NCBI RefSeq assembly: GCF_037042905.1
Contig: NW_026974140.1
Location: 684,001 to 748,000 of the forward strand
Source of the DNA: Lytechinus pictus
Taxonomy: Eukaryota
Reading direction: 5' to 3'
DNA: 64,000 nucleotides
The translations under genes and the position numbers were made by a program. The notes beneath the pieces were generated by a model. It had not been told where the DNA came from. It searched no databases and saw only the letters and a program-made list of their open reading frames with translations. Positions 13,322-26,633 of the stretch are shown here, piece by piece; position 1 is the first letter of the stretch; the number at the start of each line of letters is the position of its first letter.

Positions 13322-14019
13322 CCCTGTAGATCGTGAGCCCGGCAGCAACTTAGCAGCGCGACATCGGACGTTGCTCTATCCTTTAAAAAGGGAGTTCACC
13401 CCAGAGAAAAGTTTGTTGTAAAAACAAAAGAAAATATGATATAAAAAAGATATTGGTGGATCCATCAAAGATATTAGAATTTTAAGTTTTTTATTTGTGA
13501 CGTCATATAGGCTACTGTACGAGCAGCTTTCCCATTATGTTGTGTGATATAAAATGCATAAATGGTTCATCGTGGGTATTTTTTTTTCTTTCTGGAGCGG
13601 GTGTGAAATCATTAGTTTGTTGATATACTGAGGGTTCAATAAAAAAACATTTTCATTTTTTGAGGAGGCTACATTCCATTGATTTTTGTACTATAAGAAA
13701 CATGGGGGAACTGCTTGAATCTGACGTCACAAATGCACCAAATGAAATTCCAATAGCTTTTTAAATATTTGATGGAATTTCCTCAAACCTTCAATATTTT
13801 TTTTCATTACTTATTCTGTTATTGTTTCAATAAACTTTTTGTCAGGTTGAACTTCCCCTTTAATTCGTTGACCGCCAAACAGGTTAGAAGCAGCTCCCCT
13901 TTTCTAACATCTTTTGGTCTGATGCTGTCGGAGCTTGAACTCCCGATCTCCCGATTGTGAGGCGAACATGCCCCCATTGTCAGATTGTCGAACACACGAT
14001 GGTTATTCAAAAATGCCAA
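13322..14019 (-). pseudogene. Cryptic exon remnant inside the Academ-like element, split by the MITE
   Basis: With 13387-13863 removed the frame reads through: ...NLTMGACSPH...KDVRKGELLLTCLAVNELK-DRATSDVALLSCCRAHDLQG, ending at a CAGG|GTATGG donor-like site. Confidence 0.4.
13387..13859. mobile_element. Kolobok-like MITE
   Basis: TTAA TSD (13383-13386, 13860-13863); imperfect TIRs AAAGGGAGTTCACCCCA / TCAGGTTGAACTTCCCCT. Confidence 0.7.
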
Positions 14020-16027
14020 ATTTCAAAATAATACCTACATTATAATTATGATACTTGATTTTTTTTAATGATTTTTTTATGGCAGCCATCTTTGATTTCA
14101 AGATGGCTGCCATAAATTGGATGAACATTACTGGATTCGAAAGAAGTCTATGGAGATCACAGGGAAATCTCAGTTGTGGGCGATGCCGTCGAACTTAACA
14201 CACGTGTAGAAAGCAACTCGGACGCCAAAAGAAAGCTTATTTTCTTTTCTTTTGACTGATGATACATATGTTTACTCACCATTGTAATGTTGAACATCAT
14301 TCAAACTTGGTAACCATATTGGAATTTAAAATAGCATCTATTTACTATGTTCTTTTCATTGATCAAGGATGCAAAGATCAAGTTTTTTTCCAAATTTAAA
14401 GCGTTACAGGCCATACGTAAGACTTGAGCAAATTATCTTTCAAGGCGGCCATCTTGGATTTTAAGATGGCGGCTGTTTTGCTGCTGACCTGGAGGTCAAA
14501 TTGCTGGGGGCCGGCAATATTTGACATCAGTGCCTCAAAATACCCCTATATGCCATATTTCAGTGTCGCCTATCATGTAAAACTCAAGAAAATGACATTT
14601 AATGATTTTTCATGGCGGCCATCTTGGATTTCAAAATGGCGGCCATTTAGCCGCCGACCAAATTGTCAAATTGCTGGGGGCCGGCAATATTTGTAATCAG
14701 TGCCTAAAAATACCCCTATATGCCAAATTTCAGTGTCACACGTCATGTAAAACTCATGAAAATGACATTAAAGATTTCTCATGGCGGCCATCTTGGATTT
14801 CAAAATGGCGGCCGACCCGATGGTCAAATCACTTGGGGCTGGCAATATTTGAAATCAGCACCCCAAATTAAGCCTATATGCCAAATTTCAATACCGCAGT
14901 TCATATAAAACTCGAAAAAATGATTGCAATAATATATCATGGCGGCCATCTTGGATTTCAAGATGGCGGCCATTTTGCCGCCGGCCAAATGATCAAATTG
15001 CTGGGGGCTGGCAATATTTGAAATCAGTGCCTCAAAATACCCCTATATGCCAAATTTCAGTGTCACATGCCATGTAAAACTCAAGAAAATGACATTTAAT
15101 GATTTTTCATGGCGGCCATCTTGGATTTCAAAATGGCGGCCGACCCGATGGTCAAATCGCTTGGGGCCGGCAATTTTTGAAATCAGCGCCCAAAAATACC
15201 CCTGTATGCCCATTTTTACACTTTCTGCCAGATCCGAGCATCTTGGCCATTTTTTGTCACATAACCGCTCCACTAAAGGGGTGGAGGAGCAATACAAGCA
15301 AATATAAAGATACCATTTTGAAGCGAAACATAAGAAAAGATAATAACTTTGCCAACTAGGTAAAAAAGTAATATGACATCGATCGTGACACTTTAAGGAT
15401 GGAAAATAGTTTGAAAATATATAGGGCCTATACAAACTTCATACAAATTAGAAAAAAGAAGCAAAATAAACTGGCATCATGATATGTGAACAGAGATACA
15501 AGATTGTTCTTGCAATTGAAAAACATATTTACAAACTATATATAGCCTCGCATCATAAAAATAGATTGAAAATATACAAATTTATTTGATTTAAAAAGAA
15601 ATAGATATAAGCCAGCCTGGCTAACATATTGCAAGGTTGCAAAGATATAAACCGGGGATATAAAGCAAAAAAAAAAGTAGGCCTAAAAATGGAAATTAAA
15701 TATTCTATTTTTAGTTTAACCTATTTCACCTGTAAAATAGAAAAAAATATTGAGGAGAACAAAAATTGAAGCAATTTCATTTGTAAAAATATATGTGTAA
15801 GAAAATAGGCCCTTTTTACAAAAAAAAAATAAATAAAAAAAAATAGATGGGAAATTGGAAAAATGTATTTTCTCGCAATAAAAACTTCAAGGGGCCAGTA
15901 TCGCATTAAAACTTTGTTAGCAAACATGTAAAACAAAATCCTAGATGGCATTTTAATTGAGATTTATTTTTTAATCAACATTCAACGCTGAATTTTCTTA
16001 TGTTAATTGTTATGTGATGAACCTTAA

Positions 16028-16613
16028 AGGGATGGTCCGGGCGCTGAAATATTTATTCTAAATAAATAGAGTGAAATTCACAAAGCAAAATGCTAACAAT
16101 TTCATCAAAATCGGATAACAAAATAACGAAGTTTATCAATATTTTGTGAAAACAGATAATGTGCACATGGTCATGAATATTCATTTGGTGGGCTGATGAT
16201 GTGACATCCCCATTTTCCTTTTTTAATGTTAAATATGAAATTATGATTATTTAATTTTTTCAATACATGTGTAAATAATGTGTCTCCATTGTGATGAAGT
16301 TGCTGCATTAAATAACTAATGCGGTTAATCAGTTGTCATTCCAATTGTTTAAGTTCTTGGTAGAAATATGTTGAATAAACCTCATTTCATATAATGTACA
16401 AAAGAACATGGGATATGACATCATCAGCCCACCTAATGAATATTCATGAGACATGCCTAAATAGAACTGTTTCATGGGAACATTGCAAATCCTTAAAATT
16501 CAACTTAACTTCGTTATTTGTCATCCGATGTTGATTAAATATTAAGCATTTTGCTTTGTGAATTTTACTCTATTTATTGAGATATATGAATATCTCTACC
16601 CTTGACCTCCCCT
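16028..16613. mobile_element. Kolobok-like MITE (degraded)
   Basis: TTAA|AGGGATGGTCC left end; long imperfect TIR (AAATAGAGTGAAATTCACAAAGCAAAATGC vs GCATTTTGCTTTGTGAATTTTACTCTATTT); right TSD degenerate (TCAA). Confidence 0.65.
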
Positions 16614-17349
16614 TCAATTATTTTCTTGTATAATTAGAAAGAGATGGATGAAGTAGAATAATACGTTCATGCTTATGTTTTTATTTATTACAATATCTCT
16701 TTGAAATTCAACCCGGCTTCCTCGCAACCATTAAGCTCTAAGGGTGTTAGGTGTGTCTGTGTATTTTAACATGTACCCTTTTAAATGTCACTTTTTTATT
16801 ATTATTTATCCTGTTTTTTATGAAAAGAAGCGGCGAACAAACAAAACAAATGATTATTGAAATTTAAAAGAGCGCATGAAAGAGAAATAACCCTGAAAAC
16901 GAACGCAAGTTGCCCATTTTGGGGTCAATAATTTTTCGTATTTTTCAGTTCGCGCTTTGCTCCTAGTTTTGATCTAATACGTATAGTACCCTTTCTGTAG
17001 AAATAGAAGCTATCAAACTTAAAACCTCTGAGTCTCAGTAGACATAACCACCCCCCCCCCCTCGCTGATATAGACCTACACAATTGGACTTAGCGTTTGG
17101 GGCCACGGACCCCCAAAAAAGTTTCACAACAAAGACTGGAGAAAATAGAGAAAAGGAAAACAAAAACAGGGTGAAATATAATTTTCAAATAGGGCCTATG
17201 TCAAAATCTAGCTGTCACAAAATTAAATTTTCATATAAAAAGTTGTACTTTTTAAAATGAATGGTGCCCTTTTAAGCCATATGGCCTTCTAAAAATATAA
17301 GACTCAATACGCTACTGACCTCTTCCGAAACTGAAGAAAAAAGATAAAT

Positions 17350-18230
17350 CCCTCACTGGAAATAAAACTTTTTTTTAGTCTGTGGTACAAACAGGGCTTC
17401 CATGCAAGTACTGAAGGAAACTAAATTTTTCATGTACCACAGAAAATACACCATAACGTCTGTGATACAGTTTCAGTCATATTTCTGGGGTGGCTGCATG
17501 AGAAGAACCGCAGGAAATTTTGAAAGTATACCACTGGGGTTGCCATAGAATTTTAGAAGTGCCTATAATGAGTCCTGCAGGAAATTTCAAAATTTTCATG
17601 TACCACAGAAGTATCACAGGGTTTCCATAGAAGTGCCTTTAATAGGATCTAGTACTGCAATAAATTTCAAAATGTTCATGTACCACAGAAGTATCACAGG
17701 GTTTCCATAGAAGTGCCTTTAATAGGAGTACTGCAGGAAATTTAAAAAAATGTTCATATACAACAGAAGTATCGCAGGGTTGCCATAGAAGTACTGCAGG
17801 ATATTTTAGAATTTTCATGTACAACAGAAGTACGACATAACTATCACAGAGTGATACCACATCGTTATTCTGTACAACAGAAGTATCACACAGGTACGAC
17901 AGAGTACCATTAAGGTATTGCAGGAAATTTTCATATTTTCATGTACCACAGAAGTATGACAGAACTATCACAGAGTGATACCACAAAACGCCTGTCGTCA
18001 TTCGGTGAAACGTCATATACAACAGAAGTATCACACGAGTACAACAGAGTACCATAAAGGTACTGCAGGAAATTTTCAAATTTTCATGTACCACAGAAGT
18101 ATGACAGAACTATCACAGAGTGATACAACATAACTCCTGCCGTATTTTTGTGGTACCCTCAAGTACGACAGAAGTATCACACAGGTACAACAGAGTACCA
18201 CTAAAGTACTGCAGGAATTTTTTGTAAGGG
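17350..18230. repeat. Minisatellite-rich element, probable EnSpm-type non-autonomous remnant
   Basis: Many copies of GTAC(C/A)ACAGAAGTATCACA and TACTGCAGGAAATTT; ends in TTTTTTGTAAGGG|TA. Confidence 0.6.
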
Positions 18231-18502
18231 TATTAGCGATAGAACACACACACAGGACAAGAAAATTTCATGGAGCTATGATCGTACGAGAATAAGGATC
18301 CATACACGTTGATTACCGGACGTAAATGACGAAGCAAAGGATTGCCCAATACTGCTTACTTTCGGAATCTTATGCCTTGAATCTGAATGAACTCCAAGAC
18401 TAAAAGAGATACGATAATCCCAGATAAGGGCAAGGGCCGAGTTTGATTTTTTATTCATGTATGATTGTAGCTCTTTTATGCACCTTTTCCCTCTATAATA
18501 TA

Positions 18503-19575
18503 CAGTGCCGGCCGCGGGAAACGTCACAGTGCCCCCTAGGGCGAACGCGGTAGCCCGTAGCGGACATTTGAGGGGAGCGGACGAGGGAAGACGCCCGCGT
18601 CCGCTCCCCTAAGACATGAGTGCCCTAGGGGAGCGCCCGAGGGTAGTGCCCGCGACTATCCTAGGGTGTTTCCCTAGGATGTTCGGCCGTGCATTCTTGG
18701 TCGAAAGAAGAGGTCTGATTTGACACATTCGTTCAAGACTGCATGAGATTTTTATCTCATATAAAGCATAAGTTTTCGATCATTTATCGTGGATAAAATT
18801 GTGTTCGATTACACACTGGCACCAGCGTAAAGGTTCATTTCCTATAAATATTCTTCCCGTGGTGTCCGTTATTTCATTCACTGACATGGTTAGTCGTGAT
18901 CGTAATTGAGTTTCTGACAGTGGAGCAGGTATTTGTCGATGTTGACCCTACATTCCGAAGGTCGTCCTAGAACTATTTACTCTATTCTTTCCCTGCATGG
19001 TCATGCTTTTTTTTTTTTTATATATATATACCCTGACGTGCTTTTCAGGCGCGGATCTACGAGATACAGATAAAAGGGAGAAGAAAGCAAAACTGAAAGA
19101 AAAGGCGAAAAGGAAGGGATGGATTGAAGACGAGAAGTAAAGGGATAAGAAATAGAAAAAGTGAGTGAAGGGGAAAGGGGAGAAAGAGAAAATAGAGGGG
19201 GGGGGGCGAAGAGGAGAAAGAGGGAGAGGGGGTAAAGAAAAAAAATAAGGAAAAGGTGAAATGAAGAAGAAAACAGAGGGGATGAAAAAAGGGAAGGTGA
19301 GACACAAAGAAAAGAGGGAAAAGGAGAAAAGGAAAATAGATTGAAAATCGAAGGGGAGAAGAAGAGACAAAGGAAGAAAAAGAAGGACAGAATGAAAAAG
19401 AGAGAAGGATAAGGAGGGGGAAATTAAATAAAATGAAGAAGGGAGACATAATAAAATGGAGTAAAAAGCGAAGGAGGGAAGAGAAGGAAGGGTGCAGGAA
19501 AAGGTAAGAAGTACAGGGGACAAAAGAAGTGGGACTTAAGAAAAAGTAGAGGAAAAGAGAGAAAGCGGGAAGAAA
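18503..19575 (+). mobile_element. Tc1/mariner-like (TA|CAGTG) element end, left member of a distant inverted pair
   Basis: TA|CAGTGCCGGCCGCGGGAA...; homologous in inverted orientation to 48660-49878, including the purine-rich tract. Confidence 0.7.
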
Positions 19576-20199
19576 AATTTGGGAAATTGTCCAGTTTTTC
19601 ATGTCAGAAAATACTTTAGTAACTCGCATCTTCCCATTTTTACGCTGATGACAAGTATTGAACATTCTTGCGCTCAATCTTGTAATTATTTTCTCTCACC
19701 ATGCTCACAATTTCCTGCTCTCGTTGCATCAATTAAAAACTTGTCCCGAATTAACATCCGCTCATTCAAGAAAGAAGAAAGAACAATGAAAGAAAAAGGA
19801 AGGGATGGAGGGAAAATGAGAAGGAAGATAGAAAAATTGAGAGAAGGAGAAGGGAGCAAAGAAAAGAAGGGGAAAGGGGAGAAAGAGAAAATAGAGGGGG
19901 CTTATTGTTTCATGGTAATATGGATACCCAATAGTTCTGCAGTACTTAGTTATGAAACTTGTTTTACTCAGTAATGCTCACGCGTAATGATTAAAAGGAT
20001 TTTCGACTATATAGAGGTGAACCGGGACGGGGTTTTCATTCTTTAACTTGGCTTGACTAACTCCTTTGTTCCCCGAAAAGAATTGTTAGGTTTGATAGTT
20101 AGCGTTTGCGTGAGCACCCACCAAACCTCTTAACACAATAAAAGAATGGATTCTATAGCACCATTCTTGCTTTATCGGCGAGTGATAATTAACTCGTTA

Positions 20200-21512
20200 C
20201 CCAGAAGGAAAAACCAGTAAGACCTGTAAATTTGTGTACTGGTTTCCAGTAGAATTAAACTGGTTTCCAGTATATTTTTACTGGGCCAGTTGATTTTTAA
20301 CTGGACCAGTAAAAATCAACTGGAGACCAGTTCCAACAATTGCATTCCAGTTGAAGCAAATAGTAATACCAGTTAAATTGTTTTTCATCAAACTGGTGTT
20401 TCTGGTCCAATAAATGGTTTCCAGTAGATTTTTACTGGTTTCCAGTATATGTTTACTGGACCAGTTGTATTTTATCTGGACCAGTAAAAATCAACTGGAG
20501 ACCAGTTCAAACAATTGCATTCCAGTTCAAACAAAGTAGTAATACCAGTTAAATTGTTTTTCATCAAACTGGTGTTACTGGTCCAATAAATAATGACTTT
20601 ATTTCAAGTCAGATCATTTGACGAATTATGGAAAATGAATCTTGCAATTCAGAGAAAGTTATTATGATTCGTTATCATTGTTATCATCATTCTTCTTATA
20701 ATTATCATAATTATTATTGTTATCATTTTATTACTGTTATCATTGTTATCGATATTGTAATTATTATTACTAATTATCATAATTATCAAGTATTAACATT
20801 ATCATTAAAATAATTATTTCCTTTAATTATGATTAAGATCAAAGCAAGATATATTCCTCTGATATAGTCAACTGGTCTAAAGTAATTCATTGTTTGAAAT
20901 TGAACTGGTCAAGACCAGTAATACCAGTAATTCTGATGATGCTGATCACGTGGTTTACCTCATTTGCATATTTCCTATTTTAAACAGAAAAATCAGGATT
21001 TAGAATGGAATATCCTTGCAATGGCACTCATTGTTGTTTAAAAACTTTCCAAAAAAGTGTGTGAACTAATTCACAATGAAAGTGTGTAATTTCATATATC
21101 ACATTTAAAATAACAGCAGAAAGATTAATTTACTAACCATCTTTTCCATCACATTTCACTGACCATGGTATATAACAAACCAAATGCATGTAATAAATTG
21201 ATCCAGTAAGACCAGTACGAGGACCAGTTTGACCAGTTCGAAGACCAGTCATACCAGTAGAAAATACCAGTAAAGACCAGCTTGGTCGGAGACCAGTATG
21301 AAGACCAGTGAGACCAGTAACAACCACCAGAAACAAGACCAGTATAAAATTCCAGTAATTCAAGACCAGTTTAATTTTTAACTGGACCAGTAAAATTTTA
21401 ACTGGACCAGTATGACCAGTTAGACCAGTAAACCGATGTTCCAATTTCCAGAGTTACCAGTTAAAATTCTACTGGTCTAACTGGTCCAGTGGAACTGGTT
21501 TTTCCTTCTGGG
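20200..21512. mobile_element. EnSpm/CACTA-like non-autonomous element
   Basis: TIR CCCAGAAGGAAAAACCAGT / ACTGGTTTTTCCTTCTGGG; TA on both sides; dense subterminal ACCAGT/ACTGGT repeats. Confidence 0.75.
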
Positions 21513-21748
21513 TAAGTACCCATTCCACTCACTACGTCATAGTAGCTTTCGAAAACATACTTTTACTTGGGTATGTGTTTAAACATTGAAGCTAAATGTA
21601 CCAGAAATCTTTGAAATAGTTACATTATGTAAATAGCTTTTGTTGCTTTGCTCTGAAGCGCATTGAGCATCCAATCAAGATGGAAAGTGCGCTTTACAAA
21701 TGTCATGTATTATTATTTTTAGCTGCCATATAACACTGAATTGTATAT

Positions 21749-24020
21749 GTGACTCGTCATACCGAAATGAGAGACAACTCGGAATTTTTCAAATCCAAGT
21801 TTTGTAGTGATTATTGTTCTCCGTTTCTTTACCTTTAATTTGATATATCATTCGACCCTTAAGAGTAAATAATAGTGGAGATATTAGCCTTAGAATGCAA
21901 GAAGAATTGGGCTTTTGAAAATAAAAATCAAGAGAAAAGCGCCTTCGAAGTTTGACTTCCGTTTTGAATCCGCTCCATGAAAAAATATATTGCCACCGCC
22001 GAGCTAACCGAAATGTCCTAGCAACCGCTTGCCAAAGAAGGCGAAACGATTGACCAATGAGGAGGCTGCATTTGGAACAATAGTGAACTTGCAGGTCACG
22101 CGCGACTGCAAGACGAAACAAAGTTAATGTTCTGGTTCGATATGTCAATCCACTGATCTTCTATACAGATCAGTGTAATAGCTCCATAGTTATACTGGGG
22201 TTTTATAATTATATTCGTGAAAGAAATAGAAGATCGAATGGGGAGAAGAACGAATAATACAGAACAACAAAAGAAATAAGAGGAAAAAGGATGAGGAATA
22301 AGACGGTGGGGTGAGCAAGAGAGAGGAATAAGAAGGAAAAAAGGGGGAAGAAATGAGGTTAAAAAATATTGAGAGCAGATCGACGGGGGAGAAGAAAAAG
22401 AAATGGAGGGGGAGAGGAATAAGATGGTGGGAATGGGCACGGGAGAGGAAGAAGGAAAACATAATTATATAAAGAGGAACGAAAGAAAAAAAGAGGAATA
22501 AGGCGGTGGGTAAGGGAGGGAGAAAACAAAGAAGGAAAAAAGAAAGAAAACCGGCAAAAAGAGAGAAGATCGAAGGGTGAGAAGAACGAAAAACAGAATT
22601 ATGTAAATAGAAACGAAAACAAGAAGAAGTGGAGGGTGAAAAAAAAGGCAAGAGAGAAGAAGGAAAGGAGGGGGAAAAATCGGCAGAGAAAAAAAAAAGA
22701 TCGAAAGGGAAGAAAGAAAAACAGATTAAGAGGGACGAAAGAATTAAAGAAGAGAAAGGGGATGAGATAGAATAGGGGAGGGGGGTTAGAGAGAGGAGAC
22801 CGAATGACCTGAATAAGAAGAGCGAACGAAAAGGGGGAGAGAGGAAGAAAGGAAGAAATAAAGCACAAGAAAGACGAAAGAAGTAGGTAAGAGAATACGA
22901 GAGAGGGAAAGAGAGAATAGATCTGGACACAGTCGAATGGAACAACATGACAATGACTTTTATGAAATGTTTATTTCAATATGTGTATTTTAAATGACTG
23001 ATATTTTCAATCAATGTCTTTATCCAAAAAAAAATGCACTAAACCTTCTGCATGGTCGTTTCGGCCATTTTTCATTGGTCGACGTTAGCTGTCTCAGACT
23101 TTCTGTTTGTACAGTTATTTCTTTCGCTTTCTCTATCGTTCATTCAAACATGATAAAAATTGAGGGCAACAATGTCTTGATTATAAATAATTGGAAATAA
23201 TGAAGCCCACCAAGCTTTCTACATAAATTTTGTTTCTTTTGTTAAAGATACTGCAGATCAATTAACTCACATTCACGAAAAAACAATACTTTTAAGGTTT
23301 GTAAACCCTTTCTTTTGAAAATGTTCTCTCTTGAAAACATCCCGATCACTTGCAAATGATGGAGAGAATCTTCAACATGTCCATGTTATGTTTAATGAAA
23401 TTAATCCTCGCAAACAAACCGTGTTCTGAATACTTTGCGTCTCTGCATGACTTTTATTTCGCGATTTTAGCCAGGCTAATACTCTAAATCCGGTATCAAT
23501 CTATCGCTAATACCCACGCCTGGTACTATTATCACCAAAAAATAACCCTTTAGAAGTTGTATCCCGTTTGTTAACTATTGTCAAGAAGCCCCCCTTTTGA
23601 ATTTCAGAATACGTATTGAAATCGATGCTTTTGATCTTTCTTTTGAAGCTGAATCATTGAACCGATCGATCGATCGAGCTAGCGGCCGCCAGCTGTACAC
23701 GAGTTTAAATGAATAGCCAATCAACAATGGCATACGTTGCTAGGGGCGGAGCTTAGTATGAAGCGAAATTCGATCAAGTCGAACGTGCCAAGTATCAGAA
23801 ATTTTCGAATTGACCGAAAAAAACACTCGCAGAAAAACTGCTTTTTTATCATATTCCCGTCATCAATTTCACTCATCTTTTTCACAGAGTAATTATGAAA
23901 CATGGAAGAATCAGAAAATGAAAAAAAAAAATCTTCACAATTTTGACTTTTTTATTTGTGTGTCGAATTCCAAGGAATTTTGATTTGCGACTTGTCTCTC
24001 ATTTCGGTATGATCGATCAC
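21749..24020. mobile_element. TIR element with ATAT TSD (superfamily uncertain)
   Basis: GTGACTCGTCATACCGAAATGAGAGACAA / TTGTCTCTCATTTCGGTATGATCGATCAC; ATAT at 21745-21748 and 24021-24024. Confidence 0.75.
22215..22920 (+). repeat. Purine-rich (GA) low-complexity tract
   Basis: Composition directly visible. Confidence 0.85.
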
Positions 24021-25234
24021 ATATTATACCAAGTTGTTACTTGGTTTTATCATTTCCAATTGATATAACAAAATATATTTCGAAGGAAAATCTTGCTTTC
24101 CTGAAATAAAATAAAATAAAAAAAAATGTTTATAACTTTAATTGATGTCCGACTAATCTATCATTATAAAACCACAGTTCGTAAATATGATAGTTTAATC
24201 AATATTTACTTCAACGTCAATTATTCGTGTTATTATCATCATGTAGGTGTATCAGGGATATTAATATTCGTTTTAATCCCATCTATAATTTTGTATAAAA
24301 TTGCGCGAAATATATGCGTTGTTCTCATCATGAAGCTGGAACCCCTCTTAATTTTTCTGATCCTCTTCTTCCTTCTTCTCCTTTATTATTTCCACCACTT
24401 TCATCTCTTCCCAATTCGAATATCTATGTTTTAGCAAAAAGATAAATCTGTTCCATCTGTTACATTGAGGTAAATTTATACTTTTATAGTATGAGGGTTT
24501 TAGAGACCCGATTTGACCCGAAATGAAAAGAATATCCTAATTTATTGTTGTTAACGCATCAACAAATTAATCCCCCCCCCCCATTTCTATGAACATCCTG
24601 TCATAAATTGGGAAGCGGATGTGATCAAAGGAGATCAAATGTGTGGGCGGGGAGCAAGACTCTAGCAGACTGTTGACAATAACAAAAGAACCAAATAACA
24701 AATCGATGAGCACAACCAGTTTTGCCGGTGTTCGCTTTTTGCACTTCTACTTTGTATGATCTTGGTCATACTCGTTTTCACGTAGCTTTCATTCCCTTCA
24801 TTAGGGTTTTATCAACCATGTCACAACGAATTGACGATCCCAATATTGACCGCACGTTTGTTTTAACATAATGAAAATTCGCAAATGCCCTTGATATTCA
24901 TAATCCTGTTTTTTTTTAAGTTTGTCATTAATGTTTGTTAACATTTACTCTGTTAATAACAAAAGAACCAAATAACAAATCGATGAGCACAACCAGTTTT
25001 GCTGAAATGAAGAAATGAATTGAGAGGAAAGAAAAAAAATTAGGAAAAATTAAAAGGAAAAAACTTTGAATAAAAGGACGAAAGAAAGAATAAAAGACAG
25101 ATAACGGTTTCCGTCATTACTTGAAATGAATAAAAAAAGAAAGAATTAAAATAAAGGGAGGGAAGATGAATAAATGTGTGAAAGAAAAAGACATAAGGAG
25201 AGAAAAGAGATAAGTAATAAAAATGGAGGAAAAG

Positions 25235-25277
<43 letters not shown>

Positions 25278-25514
25278 AAAAGAATTCCTTCAGTATTTGA
25301 AAGAAACAAAGACAGAAGAAAACAGAAAGGAAGCAAGGAAGGAAGAAAATGAAAGAAGGAATAAGGGAAAATAATTAAAAGGGAAAACAGAAATTAAAAA
25401 ATGAAAGAAAAGAAAACAAATAGCATAAAAAAAAAATCTACAATAGATTCCGATCATGCTAGTTTAAAAACATAATGGTCTATCAAAAGATAACCAAAGT
25501 ACATGCACATGTAA

Positions 25515-25667
25515 ACGGTTACAGCCCGATAGACCGCGGGTCCGATAGACCGCGGGTCCGATAGTCCGCGGGTCCGATAGACCGCGGGTCCGATAGACCG
25601 CGGGTCCGATAGACCACGGGTCCGATAGTCCGCGGGTCCGATAGACCACGGGTCCGATAGTCCGCGG
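25515..25667 (+). repeat. 16 bp minisatellite CCGATAG(A/T)CCGCGGGT at a TIR element end
   Basis: About 9 tandem copies after CGGTTACAGC; inverted copies at 31909-31955 and 33422-33451. Confidence 0.9.
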
Positions 25668-25748
25668 TGTGTGTAAAATTATGATCAGGATATAGTGAGA
25701 TCCAATGTCATCAAGAGGTCAAAAGGCCAATGATACGAGTCCATGGGG

Positions 25749-26632
25749 TTCTATAACGATGACCCAATGGACAATCGCCCCCTGACATCTACTTCAAGGA
25801 AAATATTATCCCCATTTTTTTATCGTCAGGGATTGTTACCCCCCCCCCCCGGAAATTTACCCTGTAGACGCCATACGGAGCCTGTCGACTATATAAGCTT
25901 ATTAAGTCCGCATGGCGCGATACGTTATCCTGCCAAGTCAGTCCACTTATAAAAAGTTATATGTCAACATGGCGAGATATTTTATCTTGCCAAGTCGGGA
26001 CTTGTACACTTCATATCTCGCCATGTGGACATATCGACTTGACAAGATAGAATATATCGCTATGTCGAAATAATAAGCGTATTAATTACTTAGGCGGTGG
26101 AAACGGGGGGGGGGGGATCTTTCCCCCCTAAATTTGAGGTGGGGGACGGTCCCCCCTAGATTTTTAGTTGAGAACCTTTTTTTGGTTGTCAATTTGTTTT
26201 CTACGCCCCCCCCCCTAAATTAATATGGACCCCCACTAAAATCTTTTTGTCCCCCCCCCTAATTTTGGTTGATAACCTTTTTTTTTCTTGTCAAAAAACT
26301 TTGGTGGACCCTCCTATAAATTTTGGTTGATTTGCTTGTTAAATTTTTTACCTGTGTGCATCCCAACATTTCAGGTGGACCCCCCTAATTTTTTTTTTCT
26401 TCCGCCGATAATGATTAATTAAGACATGGCAAGAAAAAGTACCACGCCATGTCGTCACGTTGATGGTATTTTCAAGGCTCCGTACTAGGGGTAATTATCC
26501 GGGGTAATTGTCTGGAGGGTAAATTTCCGGGGGAGGGGGGTAACAGTCCCCGGCGGTAAAAATATGGGGATAATATTTTCCTTGAAGTAGTTGTCAGGGG
26601 GTGATTGCCCTAACTGGGTTATTGTTATAGAA
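25749..26632. mobile_element. TIR element with nested inserts
   Basis: GTTCTATAAC...CTACTTCAAGGAAAATATTATCCCCAT (25749-25815) is inverted relative to about 26570-26632; a further copy of the right arm lies at about 33105-33179. Confidence 0.65.
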
Positions 26633-26633
26633 C

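Larger units (their letters stand above)
10512..15275. mobile_element. Academ-like DNA transposon derivative with very long inverted arms
   Basis: Termini TAGTCCAGTAGATATGTG / CACATAACCGCTCCACTA; 3 bp TSD AAG (10509-10511, 15276-15278); left arm about 10512-12497 is inverted relative to right arm about 14270-15275. Confidence 0.7.

Noticed and set aside
10370..15435. Repeated short ORFs (MAAILDFKMAA / FHGGHLGFQNGG)
   Set aside because: Translations of the tandem TIR subunits on both strands.
18948..19677. 191 and 206 aa F/S/L-rich ORFs
   Set aside because: By-products of a purine/pyrimidine low-complexity tract; no domain motifs.
22096..22948. 252 aa hydrophobic ORF and overlapping ORFs
   Set aside because: Translation of the GA-rich tract.
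25525..25667. CRISPR-like appearance of the 16 bp repeats
   Set aside because: Units are contiguous with no unique spacers; no cas genes; eukaryotic context.
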